Shown: piece after piece, positions 26,826 through 43,691 of the stretch
How the letters are laid out: the number at the start of each line of letters is the position of its first letter
Position numbering within the stretch: position 1 is the first letter of the stretch
DNA from: the human T2T-CHM13v2.0 reference genome, Homo sapiens
Reading direction: 5' to 3' (one strand)
Length of the DNA: 64,000 nt
Assembly (NCBI RefSeq): GCF_009914755.1
Contig: NC_060926.1
Notes under the pieces: generated by a model
What the model saw: only the letters and a program-made list of their open reading frames with translations
The model's database searches: none
What the model was told of the DNA's origin: nothing
Translations under genes and position numbers: made by a program

Positions 26826-27850
26826 TTTTTCCTTCCAACTTTTATTTTAGGTCTGGGGGTACATGTGCAGGTTTGTTACATGGATAAATTGTGTGTCATG
26901 GGGGTTTGGTGTACAGATTATTTGGTCGCCTAGGTAAATGAGCATAGTACCTGATAGGTAGTTTTTTGACCCTCCCCCTTCTCCCACCCTCCACCCTGAA
27001 GTAGGCCCCAGTGTTTATTGTTCCCTTCTTAGCATCTGTGTGTAGTCAATGTTTAGCTCCCACTTATAAGTGAGAAAATGTGGTATTTGGTTTTCTGTTC
27101 TTACATTAACTTGCTTAGAATGATGGCCTCCAGCAGCATCCATGTTGCTGCAAAGGACATGATTTCGTTCTTCTTATAGCTGTGGTGTATATGTACCACA
27201 TTTTCTTTACCCAGTCCACTGCTGATGGGCATCTAGGTTGATTCCATGTCTTTGATATTGTGAATAGTGCTATGATGAACATATGTGTGCATGTGTCTTT
27301 GTGGCAGAACAATTTACATTTCTTTGGGTATATATCCAGTAATGGGGTTGCTAGGTGGAATGATTAATTCACTTTTAAGTTCTTTAAGAAATCTCTAAAC
27401 CTCTTTCCCCAGTGGCTGAACTAACTTACATTCCCACCAGCAGTGTCCAAGTGTTTCCTTTTCTGCACAACCTTACTAACATCTGTTATTTTTTGACTTT
27501 TTAATGATAGCCATTCTGACTCATATGAGATCGTATCTCTCTGTGGTTTTGAGTTGCATTTCTCTGATGATTAGTGATGTAGAGCATTTTTTCAAATGCT
27601 TGTTGGCCGCATGTGTCTTCTTTTGAGAAGTGTCTGCTCCTGTCATTTGCCCACTTTTTAATGGGCTTGTTTGTTTTTTGCTTGTTAATTTAAGTTTCAT
27701 GTAGATTCTGGATATTAGACCTTTGTCAAATGCATAGTTTGTGAATATTTTCTCCCATTCCATAGGTTGTTTACTCTGTTGATAGTTTCTTTTGCTATGC
27801 AGAAGCTCTTTAGTTTAGTTAGGTACTACTTGTCAATTTTTGTTTTTGTT
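26826..27850 (-). mobile_element. 5'-truncated L1PA/L1PB 3' end nested in the older L1
   Basis: gtacatgtgcaggtttgttaca 3'UTR; ORF2 C-terminal fragments; near-TSD tttgtcyatttt. Confidence 0.8.
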
Positions 27851-29538
27851 GCTTTGTCCATTTTAAAAAATAGAGTAATTTGATTATTTTGTTGTTGAAT
27901 TGTAGGAATTCTTTATATATTATGGATGCTAACATCTTATCAAATATGATTTGCAAAACATTTTCCCTCATTCTGTAGGTTGCCTTTTCACTATTGTGTC
28001 CTTCAATGAACAAAAGTTTTTATGTTTGATGCAGTCCCATTTGTCCATTTTTTTTGGTTGCCTGTGATTTTGGTGTCATATCCAAGAATGTGGAATGTGT
28101 CATATCCACATTCAATGTCCTGACGATTTTTTTCTATGTTTTCTTCCAGAAGTTTTATTGCTTTGGGTCTTTGGTTTAAGTCTTTAGTCCATTTTGAGTT
28201 AATTTTTGTATGTGGTGTAAGAAACAGGTCCAACTGCATTGTTTTGCATGTAAATATCCAGTTTTCCCAGCATCATTTGTTGACCAGACTGTCCTTTTCC
28301 CATTTAGTGCTGTTGGAGCTCTTCTTGGAGGTCAGTTGGCCATGTGTACACAAGTTTATTTCTGGGCTCTTTATTCTGTTCTATTGATTTGTATATCTGT
28401 CTTTATTCCAGTACCACACTGTTTTATTCTTCTTTTTCAAAATTGTTTGACTCTTAGGGCCCTTTGAGATTCCATATCAATTTTAGGATGAATTCTTCTA
28501 TTTCTGCAACAAATGCTATTGGAATTTTGATAAGGATTGAATTGAATCTGTAGACTGTTTTGAGTGATATTAACATCTTAATAATATTAAGTCTAATCCA
28601 TGAACGTGAGATGTTTCTATTTATTTATCTCTTCTTTGATTTCTTTCAGTAATGTTTTATAGTTTTCATTATATAAGTTTTTACTTCCTTAGTCAATTTC
28701 TAAGAATTGTTTTCTTTTTGATGCCATTGCAACGGGAATCATTTTCTTAATTTTTTCAGATGCTTTCACTATTTGTGTATAGAAATGTAACTGATTTTTT
28801 GTATGTGTGTTGATTTTGTATCTGGTAACTTTACTGAATTTTTAAATTTGTTCTAACCTGTTTTTTTTTTTTGGTGGAATCTTTAGGATTTTCTGCATAT
28901 AAGATCATGCCATCTACAAACAGAAATTTTTACTTCTTTCTTCCCAATTTGGATGCCTTTTATTGCTTTTTCTTGTCTAATTGCTTTGGACTGGAGTTCC
29001 AATACTCTGTTGAATAGAAGTGTCCAGAACAGACATTTTTGCCTTGTTCTTAATCTTAGAGGAAAAGCTTCCAGTTTTTCACTGAGTATGCCGTTAGCTG
29101 TGGACTTTTCCTAAACAACCTTTATTATGTGCGGGTAATTTCCTTCTCTTTCCACTTTTGAGTGTTTCTTTTCTTTTCTTTTCTTTTTTTGTGTGTGAAA
29201 GGATATTGAATTTTGCCAAATGCTTTTCCTGCATCAGTGGAGATGGTCATGTGGGTTTTGTCCTTTATTCTGTAAATGTGGTGTACTACATTGATTTTCA
29301 TATGTTGAACCATCCTTGCATCCCAGGGATAAATCCCACTTGATCATGGTGAATGATCTTTTGAGTGTGCTGTTGAATTTATTTTGCTAGTATTTTTTTG
29401 ACTACGTTCATCAGACATATTGGGTAATTATTTATTTTTTCTTGTAGTATTTTTGCCTAGCTTTGATATCACACTAATGCTGCCCCTCAAAGAATGACCT
29501 TGGAAGTATTCCTTTCTCTTCAGTTTTTGGGGGATTGA

Positions 29539-29964
<426 letters not shown>

Positions 29965-30529
29965 TAGTCCTGGGCTTTTCTTTGTTGGGAGGTTTTTAAT
30001 TACCAACTCAATTTCCTTACTAGTTATTGGTCTATTTATATCTTCTATTTCTTCATGATTCAGTCTTGGCAGGTTTGGTGTTTCTAGAAATTTATCCATT
30101 TCTTATAGGTCATCCAGTTTGTTGGTATAGTTCATAGTCTTCTCTTATAATCCTTTCTTATCTGTAGCTCAGTACCTCCTATCTGGAGATGCAGAATTAG
30201 GAATTGAAACTATAATAGGCCCCCCTTTTATAATGGGGTGTCCTTATTTTTACCTTCTCACCTTGCAATACCCTTGTCTTGCTAGTAAAGAAAGAAGGGA
30301 AATTTGATTCAGGAGGTAATCATACTTTTCAATTTGTACAAGATCTAATAGCCATGAACTCCTATGTCATTCCTCACCATCCCATAATTCTTAGCCCAGC
30401 CATCATCCTTACCTCAATCCCTGCTGGTGCAGCCTGGTTTATTCTGTTAATGTGCTGTACTGCATTGAGGTAAGGACTTCTGCTCAGCTTTCTTCTTGAT
30501 ACCATTGTACCTTGATTCACACTTCCTCT

Positions 30530-31215
<686 letters not shown>

Positions 31216-31223
31216 TCTCTTTC

Positions 31224-31469
31224 TTTTTTTTTTTTTTTTTTTGAGACAGAGTCACTGTCACCCAGGCTGAAGTGCAGTGGCACAATCTCGGCTCACTGCA
31301 ACCTCCGCCTCCCAGACTCAAGCGATTTCTGGCTAATTTTTGTGTTTTTAGTAGAGATGGGTTTTCACCATATTGGCCAGGCTGATCTTGAACTCCTGAC
31401 CTCAGGTGATCTGCCTGCCTTGGCCTCCCAAAGTGCTAGGATTACAGGCATGAGCCACTGTGCCCAGCC
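31224..31469 (-). mobile_element. Alu (internally deleted)
   Basis: reverse Alu consensus. Confidence 0.9.
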
Positions 31470-33162
31470 TCAAATTTAAGAAGAAACAGTTAACATGGAC
31501 TTGCATACCTCCAGGATATTGTGAATACCTCTCAATATTTTTCTAAGTTCTCAAAGTCAAATTAGACTCTATGACAATCACTCAAGGTTCCCTTTGTTTC
31601 CAATATGTTGATGACCTGCTACTTTGCAACCAAAGCAAACAGGGTGCTCTTCTGGACTCCCTTACTCACCTTAAGGCACTGACTGACTAAGGTTATAAAT
31701 CTTCCAGGTCCAAATGCCAACAGGTACAAAAAATTCTTACCTACTTAGGCCATAAAATATTTTAGGGTACTCAAAAACTCGTCCCAAAATGCCTTGAATC
31801 AATTTTATTCATTATCTCTCAAAGACAATTACGTGAATTTTTAGGAGCAACTGGATATTGCCAATGGATTCCCAATTTTGCTGCCCATGTCTAACCTTTA
31901 TATGCTGTCCTCTTAGATACAACCACAGAGCACTTTACCTGGTACTCTGAGGCACCAGCCTCCTTGGAAGCATTGTCCACACCCCAGCCCTTCGACTACC
32001 CAACTTTGACAATCTTTTTTACCTATATTACTGTGAAAATGATGGGATTGTTGTGGGTATCTTAGGACAATCTTTTTGTCCCATAACATATTTCTCATGT
32101 CAACCTAGATATGTCCCACAGTACCTTTCTCATGTTAAGTAGCATCAGGCATTCCTCCATGCTTATATGCAATAGACTTAGCTGCCATCCTAATTGACAA
32201 AGCAAGTATTCTTATACTGCCCCACCATTCACCTCTCTGTTCTCCATGCTGTTCCTCTACATTGGTATCCCTTTCAAAGTGGATCTTGCCTCAACTAACC
32301 CTTAACTGTTTTTTTTTTGTTTTTGTTTTTTGTTTTTTGACAATTCTGGCACTACCCCAACACCTGCTTGTTCCAATCTTTCAAAGCCTGGCCACCTTAA
32401 ATAGTTAATCTGGTTACTGGTTAGGTTAACATCTACATAATGCAGAAGAGTTTTTGTTCCTACCAATGTAAATATACCTGGTGAACCCATTCTGGACAAT
32501 GGATATATAAAAGCATATGGTATCCATAAGCAGGAAGACAAAGTCACTCTGTCTCCTCCTCTGGTAGATTAATTTGGCACTGGGAAGCCTCCATGGAAGC
32601 TCAAGGTCAGTGCTTTACCCAAGTAAGACTATTGGAAGGAAATCTCTCTACATTGAAAATAAATACAGTACTGGACCTTTTCTGGGTAACATTTCAAAAA
32701 TGTATTGCAATCAAATTCTGTGATTTGGCTTCACAGATGGCACTAAACAACCCTCCACTGTCATTGTTACTTGGATTATAACTAAGTATTTCAATGTGAG
32801 TGAATGTCAGATTACAGGATAATATTCCTGGTTTGTAGGAAAAAGTAGTGGGATATGGAATAGCTCAAGTGTTCCCCTAGTTGGCTTGACCAGCACCCAT
32901 GACTATAGTTGGATGGATGGACCTTAACTTGGTCAATAAATAAAATACATTTCTATAGTAACCAAGGCTAAATTAAAGGGTTTCTCTGCCAGGTGTTTCA
33001 CAACCTGTTTTACCCTCATAGCCTAACAGAAGCACATTGGAAGTGAAGATGTGCAGATGCCAACATGATTGATGATAAGGGTTGTGAAAGACACAGAATT
33101 CCAACTTGGTTGTTCACAGGTTCCACCACTATGACCTTGTCTGTAAACAACACTGGTCTCTC

Positions 33163-33453
33163 TTTTTTTTTTTTTTTTTTTAGAAGGAATCTCACTCTGT
33201 TACCCAGGCTGGAGGGCAGTGGCACAATCTCAGCTCACTGCACCCTCCACCTTCCGGTTCAAGCGATTCTCCTGCCTCAGTCTCCCGAGTAGCTGGGAGT
33301 ACAGGTGCCCACCACCATGCCCGGCTTATTTTTGTAGTTTTAGTAGAGACAGGATTTCTCCATGTTGGCCAGGCTGGTCTTCACCTCAAGTGATCCGCCA
33401 GCCTCGGCCTCCCAAAGTGCTGGGATTACAAGCGTGAGCCACTGTGCCTGGCC
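33163..33453 (-). mobile_element. Alu inserted in ERV env
   Basis: reverse dimer; TSD tggtctc. Confidence 0.92.
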
Positions 33454-33957
33454 TGGTCTCATTTTTATGTAGCAATAAGATATATAAAAGATTCCCACCT
33501 AAGTGGTCAGAGAAATGTGAAGTTGGATATCTGGTGCCTTCCCTTACCAGATATCCCACTTTGAATGCTAGCCACATTACAACTGGGGTTCTTTTATATA
33601 TAAATTAATGCCATGTAGATGCACCTGATGAGACATCATAGACAACGCACTTATGTATTGCAACCCTAAGTTCTCAGTAATGAGAACGCTTTTCCAAAGC
33701 CTGGCAATGTACGATGTAGAAAGAACAATCCTAAGCATTCCAAAGTAATGAACAAGCATCTGGTGCCACTATACAGACTGGGAAGCCTGCCATTTACAAG
33801 TTAGCAGTGTAGCCTCTGTTGCACTCCAAAATTGTGTCCTAGATATGCTGACTGCCCAACAGAGAGGAGCTTGTACAATCACTGGCAACAATGCTACTTC
33901 TATATAAATTAGAAAGGAAAAATTGTGTCTAATCTATATCATTTAAAAAGAAAGGTT

Positions 33958-34285
<328 letters not shown>

Positions 34286-34518
34286 TTAGGTAAATAAGGC
34301 ATAGTCCAATTAACTGAACTGAACTGACCTATTCCCACGACTGAGAGACTGGTTCAACAGAATATGGACCAGTGTGTTCAGATTTTTCTCTGTTGTAATC
34401 TATGTTCTTCTTTCATTTTGCAGATCTCTTACCTCCCAGCACCTAATATGAGTCTTTTCTACATAGGAAATAATCCAAATATTTGTGAAACTTCATGTGA
34501 AGTTTCAAATGGGGGAAG

Positions 34519-35393
34519 TGAAGGAACGAACAACCCACCTCCTAACCCCAATTTATACCCACCTGTGTTAGTTCATTTGTATTGCTATGAAGAGATACCT
34601 GGAGGCTGGGAAATTTATAAAGAAAAGAGGCTTAATTGGCTCACAGTTCTGCAGGGTGTATAGGCATGGCATCAGTATGTGCTCAGCTCCTGGTGAGGGC
34701 TTCAGGGAGCTTACAATCATAGCTGAAGGTGAAGGGGGAGCATGCATCTTACATGGTGATAGAGGGAGCAAGAGAGAGGGTCGGGGGGTGCCAGGCTCTT
34801 TAAACAACCAGCTCTCATGTGAAATACCAGAGCCAGAACTCACTCATCACCATGGGGATGGCACTAAGCCATTCATGAGGGATCTGCCTCATCACCCAAA
34901 CACTTCCCAGTAGGCCCCACCTCCAACTTGGGGATTGTATTTCAACATGACATTTTGAGGGGACAGATATCCAATATTCAAACCATATCACCACCAGAAA
35001 GGCATAAAGATTACTTTAAACTGAAAATATTGGAACAAACAATCGCTGCGGAAAGCAGCCTTATCTGACCGAAAGCAGACCTGTCCAAGAGTTCTGCTAT
35101 CATCAACTCCTTCTGAGGGACTTTCCAGACAGCGAGGTGACAGATGTTTACAAACGTGACGTTAAAAAATAAAGTTGTGTAAATGAGTCTTATCAGAACC
35201 TTTTATACTTTCTCACTGAAGCCTCAGTTGGTATATAAACCCTTACCACTGGCTGTTTGGGAAGTGACTCCTTACAGAGTGCTCCCTCAGGCATGGAGAA
35301 TAAACTTTTCTCCTGTTAATGTATTTTCAACTAATTCGCAGGCCCTAGACCACTCAGATCTAAGTTGACAGATGAAATGTTTTCCTCCCAACA
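34519..35393 (+). mobile_element. 3' LTR of the decayed ERV (MER34-like), split by an MST LTR
   Basis: Starts TG directly after the PPT; TATA (35232), AATAAA (35299-35304); ends ...cctcccaaca. Confidence 0.6.
34564..34990 (-). mobile_element. MSTA-like MaLR solo LTR with perfect 5-bp TSD ccacc
   Basis: TG...CA ends; ccacc at 34559-34563 and 34991-34995. Confidence 0.88.
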
Positions 35394-35721
35394 TGACCAA
35401 GCTTATAGTGCTTTTATGGTATATCTGTAGAGATTGCAGTCAGGCATAACATTGTTTGTTAGGGTTGCAGTACCTTTCAGGAAATGCTCAAAGTTTAATT
35501 GATTTAGGGGACTTTCACTGGATGAGATGCCTCTCTGAGTCATCATAGGTTGCAAAGTATTAGTTTTTTGCCACTCACTGTGTGTTGTGATATGACATAC
35601 TCATAATGGGGTAGGACAAGATGTCAGTTTTGCTTCCAAACTTTCCTTACTTGTTTCCTTTTTGGTTCACCACTAATGTTGAAGAAATGCAAGATGGAAA
35701 ATCTCAATAGTTGACACTGAT

Positions 35722-35996
<275 letters not shown>

Positions 35997-36593
35997 TAGT
36001 TGACATTTATTAAGTGTTTATATGTGATAAGCACTGTTAGATTATCCCATGTAATACATCACTTGATTGATTTAAGATATTGTCATTTGAAAGATTAAAG
36101 AATATTTCCCAGAAAGGATGCTTGGTCAAGCCTCATCATCCTGGGATGGATGGGACCTTGGTTTTGGGCAAGTTTATTACAATTTAAGACTATTCTAGGT
36201 CATGGAAGTGTGTGTTAGGACATATAAGTAGTTTTCTTGTCCAGAATACTTTGTAATAATATACCCTAAGTTTGATCAGCTTTTTGGCATTCACTTAATT
36301 AAAATGTTCACAAGTAGGTACATTTTTAGAATTGTTAAGTAATATACTATTTGTAGTAGCAAAACACTACAAACAAATACCTAATATAATAAGAGGGAGT
36401 GGTTGAATAAACTAGGGCATGTCAACTAAAAAACATATTTGAAATGCAGGGAAAATGCTTACTCTAGGCAATAGTTACAACTTTTGTCCATTATAGGTAC
36501 ATAAAGGAAAAGAGTACACAAAGAATTCTATTAATGATGAAATTAGGAACAATGTTCCCATCCCCAATTTATACCCAAAAGAAAATATGTTCT

Positions 36594-36902
<309 letters not shown>

Positions 36903-38282
36903 TTATATTCTATAACATGTATTCTTATGTCTTTGGCTAAAACAAAAGAGAAGAAAAATAAGTAGAGAGCTAAGTGAAGTGAAGTGTCTTGAAACAGATA
37001 AGCCATAAAGTGAGATATATGAGTAAATGAGTAGTTGCTGGCCTAGGAATTGTTTCTGATGTTTTCACCTATTGAAAGAATTTTTTTCTTTTTGTAAATC
37101 TTTTTTTTGGTTTGTTAAACTGAAAAATAAAAGCAATGAAGAGATAATATTGCTGTAGTAATGTCCCTTAGTGCATCCTTGGAGTTAGTTGTCTTGAATT
37201 TGGCCTGCTCTGATTGTCATTTGCTGTTTGCTGCATTGAAAAAATTTCAGATTTACAAAAATATGTGTGCCAGGGTGGAGGAAATTTTTAACTTGATGAA
37301 TTCTCACCTTTAGGACACTGTCTGCTCTTATATGGCACTTAGCAAGATGCTGCAACAATTGTCCCTGCTCATACTGTTGGAGGAAGAGGGTATTTGCAGG
37401 GAGATTGCTGGAGTCAAGATGATCCAAATTTAAATTGCAGTGGTGAGCAGTGGCCACTAGAGGGCTGTGAAGTACTTAATTCTAAAATTTCCACATTTTA
37501 ATCTGGAGCAGAGGAAACTCTGGAAGGACCACTGGGACTAAGGGAGCTCAATCCCAAACATCTTTATCTGAGCCCTAAATGTCTTCTACGTTATTCTTTG
37601 ACAATACTTTGTTACATCTCAGAATTTGTAGTTTTGAGGTGGAGGTTTAAGTTAGAAATAGTTTAATATATTCTATTCCAGAATATAATTCGCTTTTTTC
37701 CAAATGAAACTGGCACTAAAAGCTTTTTACTTGAAAGCAAATACACTTCATATGCTTTATGTATTTTTGTCCCTATATCATTGAAATAGTAGATTCAAGG
37801 CTGTTTGTAAAAATAAGTGACTATACTGCATATAGGAATAGCCCCACCTTAAAGACTTTGATTTTAAGGACATTAAGTGGGAGGGTCTTTTTTGCCTTTT
37901 TTTTTTTGACTATCAAAATACTTTCACATTTCTTCAATTCAAAGAACAACTGTTCTAAATTTAGAAGACAGACAAGTGAAAGAGAATATGCTGCCATTTC
38001 CGATGGTTCTTTTTTACTCTTGATCCATCACTCTCCTGTCTTTGGCTGACTCTTTCTCCAAAAAGTACCCCTTATTTTTCCTATGCCTTTAACTTCTGTT
38101 TTACTTACTCTATTGTAGAACTTTGAGAAGTTGTACACCACATTCACTGCTACCTCACATTAACTCTGCTTACTCATTGCAGTCTGCCTTCTGCTCCTCA
38201 ATGATTGCTCCTGTGAAGGTCATCTTTGGTTTAGCACTTGTTTGAAATCTAATAGCCTAAATGCACATCGATTACTGTTTAG

Positions 38283-38596
<314 letters not shown>

Positions 38597-40644
38597 CAAA
38601 TGACATTTATTTTTAAAAGCAACTAAATCAGGAAAGACCTTCACTCATTCAATCAAAAAACATGCATTGAACACGTATTCTTGGCTAGATCCGGTGCTGC
38701 AAAGATGAAAGACGCCACTCCTAGCCTCAAGGAGCTTGCAGTTTAGTGGTGGCACTGGATGTAAAATAATCATAAGATGTGAGGTGAAGACTGATGAGGT
38801 CTATTTTGTTGACACAGGTAAACATTCTCAGAGAATATTTAATTAGCAACATGACCAAAATTAGTTGATTTATTTGAAGGATATTTAAGTGAATTTAGAG
38901 ATGAGATTTGTTTTTACTTTTTTAATTTCAGAGAGTTATGTTGGTTGCAAAAATCTTTGTTTTCCAGTATCTATTTTATAAGCCATCTGAGACCAGGATG
39001 TTTTCTTTTTAACATGTAAACTTGATGCAGTCTCTTTGTAAAGTAATGAATCCCCCCGTGAACCTCAAGGAGAAGAAAGTTTAGCTTGAACACTTAATTT
39101 CAAGTACCTTGAGAAGGGAACAGGCTGTATTGCTCAGAGAAGAAGGCTCTATTAGCTAAGGTAGAAGGACAATGTAAAACTCTTGTGAAGACACCTAAAT
39201 GTCATTCCACTCAAAGCCCATTATTAATAATTTGAAACTCTCTGCTCTGTGAAGGCAACGACCTATCTTTACTCATTTTTGACTCTGCTAACATTTCTTT
39301 TTATAGTTGAACCAGAGGCAAGGCAAGGAACTTGACATGCTTGTTTTCCCTTTAGAATAAAGTGGCCAGAAGCAGTTTCTTCTGTGTGATCCAACACTTT
39401 CTTATCCCCAGAGCAACTCTGCATAGTCTAGATGTACCAGAGCCCAGCAGCCTGTGAGGTGATGTGATGTGATGTGATGTGAACAGAAAGGCTCCATGTT
39501 GGATGATGCCTATGAATCTAATCAGATTCTCTTTCTTGGTCATTTTGATTTCCAGAGAAGGCAGTAGAAGCAGGTTCTGTGTGTATAACCAGAGACTAGA
39601 GGGAGGAACTGACAGGGAAGCTGGGTCATGAGAGTGGTGTGCTCAGCAGAGTAGGGAGTAAGAGAGAGCTGGCTCCAGAGAGGATGACAAAATGCCCATG
39701 TCTCCAGCACTTCTTTAGCATTCTGAGTTCCCATCCTATCATGAATAGGAAGAGTTTTCTAGCTCTCCATGAAGCCGAAATAGGTTTCAGACTTTCCTTT
39801 CTTTCCCACACACATAATAAATACCCATCAGGTAACCTGGGCATGGCCTTTTATTTAGGCACTAACAATTCTAAAAGGAATTAATAAATGCTTCACTGCC
39901 ATTTCACAGTGTAACAGCATGCCAGTTTACCATACCATTAACATTTAGCCTCGTGGTATTTCTGTGTTTTTTCAGTCAGTAATGATGGCATTTTTGCCAA
40001 GATAATATAGTGTTAAACTGTATTGGTTGAAATCCTAGGCTTTTTAAATGTAAACTAGCACTTTACAAAGTATTACAAAGGAAACGAACCAGGGAAACTT
40101 GAGAAGGAACTTTCTTATCCACATTGTTATAGGTTATAAAATAGTTCCTATTTAAATTAAAATACCTACTGTTGCACTTTTATGTGTGTTTTTATATATA
40201 AATAACATCTGGGTTGGCAAATATGTGATTTTCGTCAAATAGGCTTTGATTGAAGATGAAATATTTTTGTAAAACTAGTCCTTTTTTAAAGTTAAAATTT
40301 TATGTTACCACATGAATTGATCAGCAGAAATTTATTTACATTATGTAAATTGATTTTTAAGAGTATCCACAAGGTTTTAGCTATTATTTTTGAACTTGCT
40401 TCCTAGCCCACACAATTAAGTAATAAGAGTAAGAAAAAAGAAAGCACACATCCAAATCATCTATCAAAACCCAGCTTCTACCCAATGACACATCATTTTA
40501 TTTCTTGATCTTGTAATGTTGAGCACATGCCTTGGACATATTCCTATATGTGGGCTCTATTCTCTGCAGCACGTCACTCCCTCTTTTATCCGCCCCTCTT
40601 ATGTGCTCCCACTCCTATCCTCTTCAATTAAAAATGCCTCTTTC

Positions 40645-42197
40645 TTTTTTTTTTAAGTTAATTAATTAATTAATTTTTTTTTATTGATCATTCTTGGGTG
40701 TTTCTCGCAGAGGGGGATTTGGCAGGGTCATAGGATAATAGTGGAGGGAAGGTCAGCAGATAAACAAGTGAACAAAGGTCTCTGGTTTTCCTAGGCAGAG
40801 GACCCTGCGGGCTTCCACAGTATTTGTGTCCCTGGGTACTTGAGATTAGGGAGTGGTGATGACTCTTAACGAGTCTGCTGCCTTCAAGCATCTGTTTAAC
40901 AAAGCACATCTTGCATGGCCCTTAATCCATTTAACCCTGAGTGGACACAGCACATGTTTCAGAGAGCACAGGGTTGGGGGTAAGGTCATAGATCAACAGC
41001 ATCCTAAGGCACAGGAATTTTTCTTAGTACAGAACAAAATGAAGTCTCCCATGTCTACTTCTTTCTACACAGACACAGCAACAATCTGATTTCTCTATCC
41101 TTTCCCCACCTTTCCCCCTTTCCTATTCCACAAAAACCGCCATCGTCATCATGGCCCGTTCTCAATGAGCTGTTGGGTACACCTCCCAGACGGGGTGGTG
41201 GCCGGGCAGAGGGGCTCCTCACTTCCCAGAAGGGGCAGCCGGGCAGAGGCGCCCCCCACCTCCCGGACGGGGCGGCGGCTGGGTGGAGGCGGACCCCCAC
41301 CTCCCTCCCAGACGGGGCGGCTGGCCGGGTGGGGGCTGACCCCCCACCTGCCTCTGGGACGGGGCGGCTGGCCGGGCGGGGGCTGACCCCCCACCTGCCT
41401 CCAGGACAGGGTGGCTGCTGGGCAGAGGGGCTCCTCACTTCTCAGACGGGGCAGCTGCTGGGCGGAGGGGCTCCTCACTTCTCAGACGGGGTGGCCGGGC
41501 AGAGACGCTCCTCACCTCCCAGACGGGGTCACGGCTGGGCAGAGGCGCTCCTCACATCCCAGACAGGGCGGCGGGGCAGAGGCGCTTCCCGCATCTCAGA
41601 CGATGGGCGGCCGGGCAGAGACGCTCCTCACTTCCTAGACGGGATGGTGGCCGGGAAGAGGCGCTCCTCACTTCCCAGACTGGGCAGCCAGGCAGAGGGG
41701 CTCCTCACATCCCAGACGATGGGCGGCCAGGCAGAGACGCTCCTCACTTCCCAGACGGGGTGGCGGCCAGGCAGAGGCTGCAATCTCGGCACTTTGGGAG
41801 GCCAAGGCAGGCTGCTGGGAGGTGGAGGTTGTAGCTAGCCGAGATCACGCCACTGCACTCCAGCCTGGGCAACATTGAGCACTGAGTGAACCAGACTCCG
41901 TCTGCAATCCCGGCACCTCGGGAGGCCGAGGCTGGCGGATCACTCGCGGTTACGAGCTGGAGACCAGCCCGGCCAACACAGCGAAACCCTGTCTCCACCA
42001 AAAAAATACGAAAACCAGTCAGGCGTGGCGGCGCGCGCATGCAATCGCAGGCACTCGGCAGGCTGAGGCAGGAGAATCAGGCAGGGAGGTTGCAGTGAGC
42101 CGAGATGGCAGCAGTACAGTCCAGCTTTGGCTCGGCATCAGAGGGATACCATGGAAAGAGAGGGAGAGGGAGACTGTGGGGAGAGGGAGAGGGAGAG
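40645..42197 (-). mobile_element. SVA retrotransposon (poly-A, SINE-R, GC-rich VNTR, Alu-like domain, short CCCTCT hexamer region)
   Basis: All SVA domains in order; perfect 15-bp TSD aaaaatgcctctttc at 40630-40644 and 42198-42212. Confidence 0.97.
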
Positions 42198-42239
42198 AAA
42201 AATGCCTCTTTCAATATGTAAGGTAAGATTGATAGATGA

Positions 42240-42600
42240 TTGCCTTCCGTAGTTCCTCCCAAAATTCATAGGTTGAAATCTTAGCCCTCAGAGTGGTGGT
42301 ATTAGGAAGTATGGAGCCTTTGGGAGATAATTAGCTCAGGAGGGTGGAGCCCTCCCGAATAAATTTAATGCCTTTATAAGCAAGACCCCAGAGAGCCCTT
42401 TCACCCTTTTCTACCCTATGAGGACACAGCGAGAAGACAGCTGTCTGTGAACCAGGAAGCAGGCCCTCACTACATACCGAATCTACAAGCAACTTGATCT
42501 CAGACTTCCCAGTCTCCTGAACTGCGAGATATAAATGTTTGCTGTTTAAGTCACCCAGTCTAAGGTATTTTTGTTATAGCAGCCTGAATGGACTCAGGCG
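42240..42600 (+). mobile_element. MaLR LTR (MLT1A-like)
   Basis: caaaattcataggttgaaatc...tgaggacacagcgagaag...ttgttatagcagcctgaatggact. Confidence 0.75.
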
Positions 42601-43355
42601 GTAGGCAAGAGGAGGACAGTGCACCTGAGTTATACATTGGGCAAGTCATTTACCTTCATTGGAGCCTCGGTTTACTTGTGTTAGATATGGGAATAATGAT
42701 AGTTACACTGCAGGGTGGTTGTGAAGATTAGAGAAAGTGCATATACTCTGATCAGCACAGTGCATGGTACTTCAGTACACAGTGTTAACTGAAGACACAG
42801 TGTTAACTGAAGACACAGTTGAAAACTAAAGATAGCTAGTGAAACACATGTTCTCTGCACATCATACAGTTTCTTGGGCAGTTTTCAAAGTGTGACTCTG
42901 CAGTTCATACCACCATTATCACTTAGTCTCTAACAAATAATCATATTTGACACATTTGGCTGGGACTTAATAATTTTATTTGGGCAGCAGCTGGTTTCTG
43001 GAAGTGTTCATGGGAAGAAAATGTATATTAATAAAGTTAGCAGGTAATGTTCTTTGTTGAAATGTTGGATATTGTGGGACACAAAAGAGTCAGGGTAAAT
43101 GTACATTTACAGAATTGAGCGTCAGAGTGTCATAGTTCTCTAATGATTTACAAAGAAAGAATTCCTGGAACAAGTGAAATACTTAATAATTAATTCAGCC
43201 TGTATTTCTGCAGGTAATCAACTGCAGTGATAAAAAAATAAAAATGGAACTGTCTTTTGCTCATTGGAAAGATATTTGCTGCATTCAAAGTCATCAAAAA
43301 GGCGAAGCAATGAAACTTAAGACTTTTGGGTTTTAATAATTAAAAATCCATCTTA

Positions 43356-43691
<336 letters not shown>

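Noticed and set aside
41055-42262. ORFs up to 221 aa
   Set aside because: Translations of the SVA VNTR and Alu-like domain; typical artefacts.
42777-42819. 18-bp tandem duplication acacagtgttaactgaag
   Set aside because: Ordinary slippage duplication at the end of a MIR-like fragment, with no further structure.
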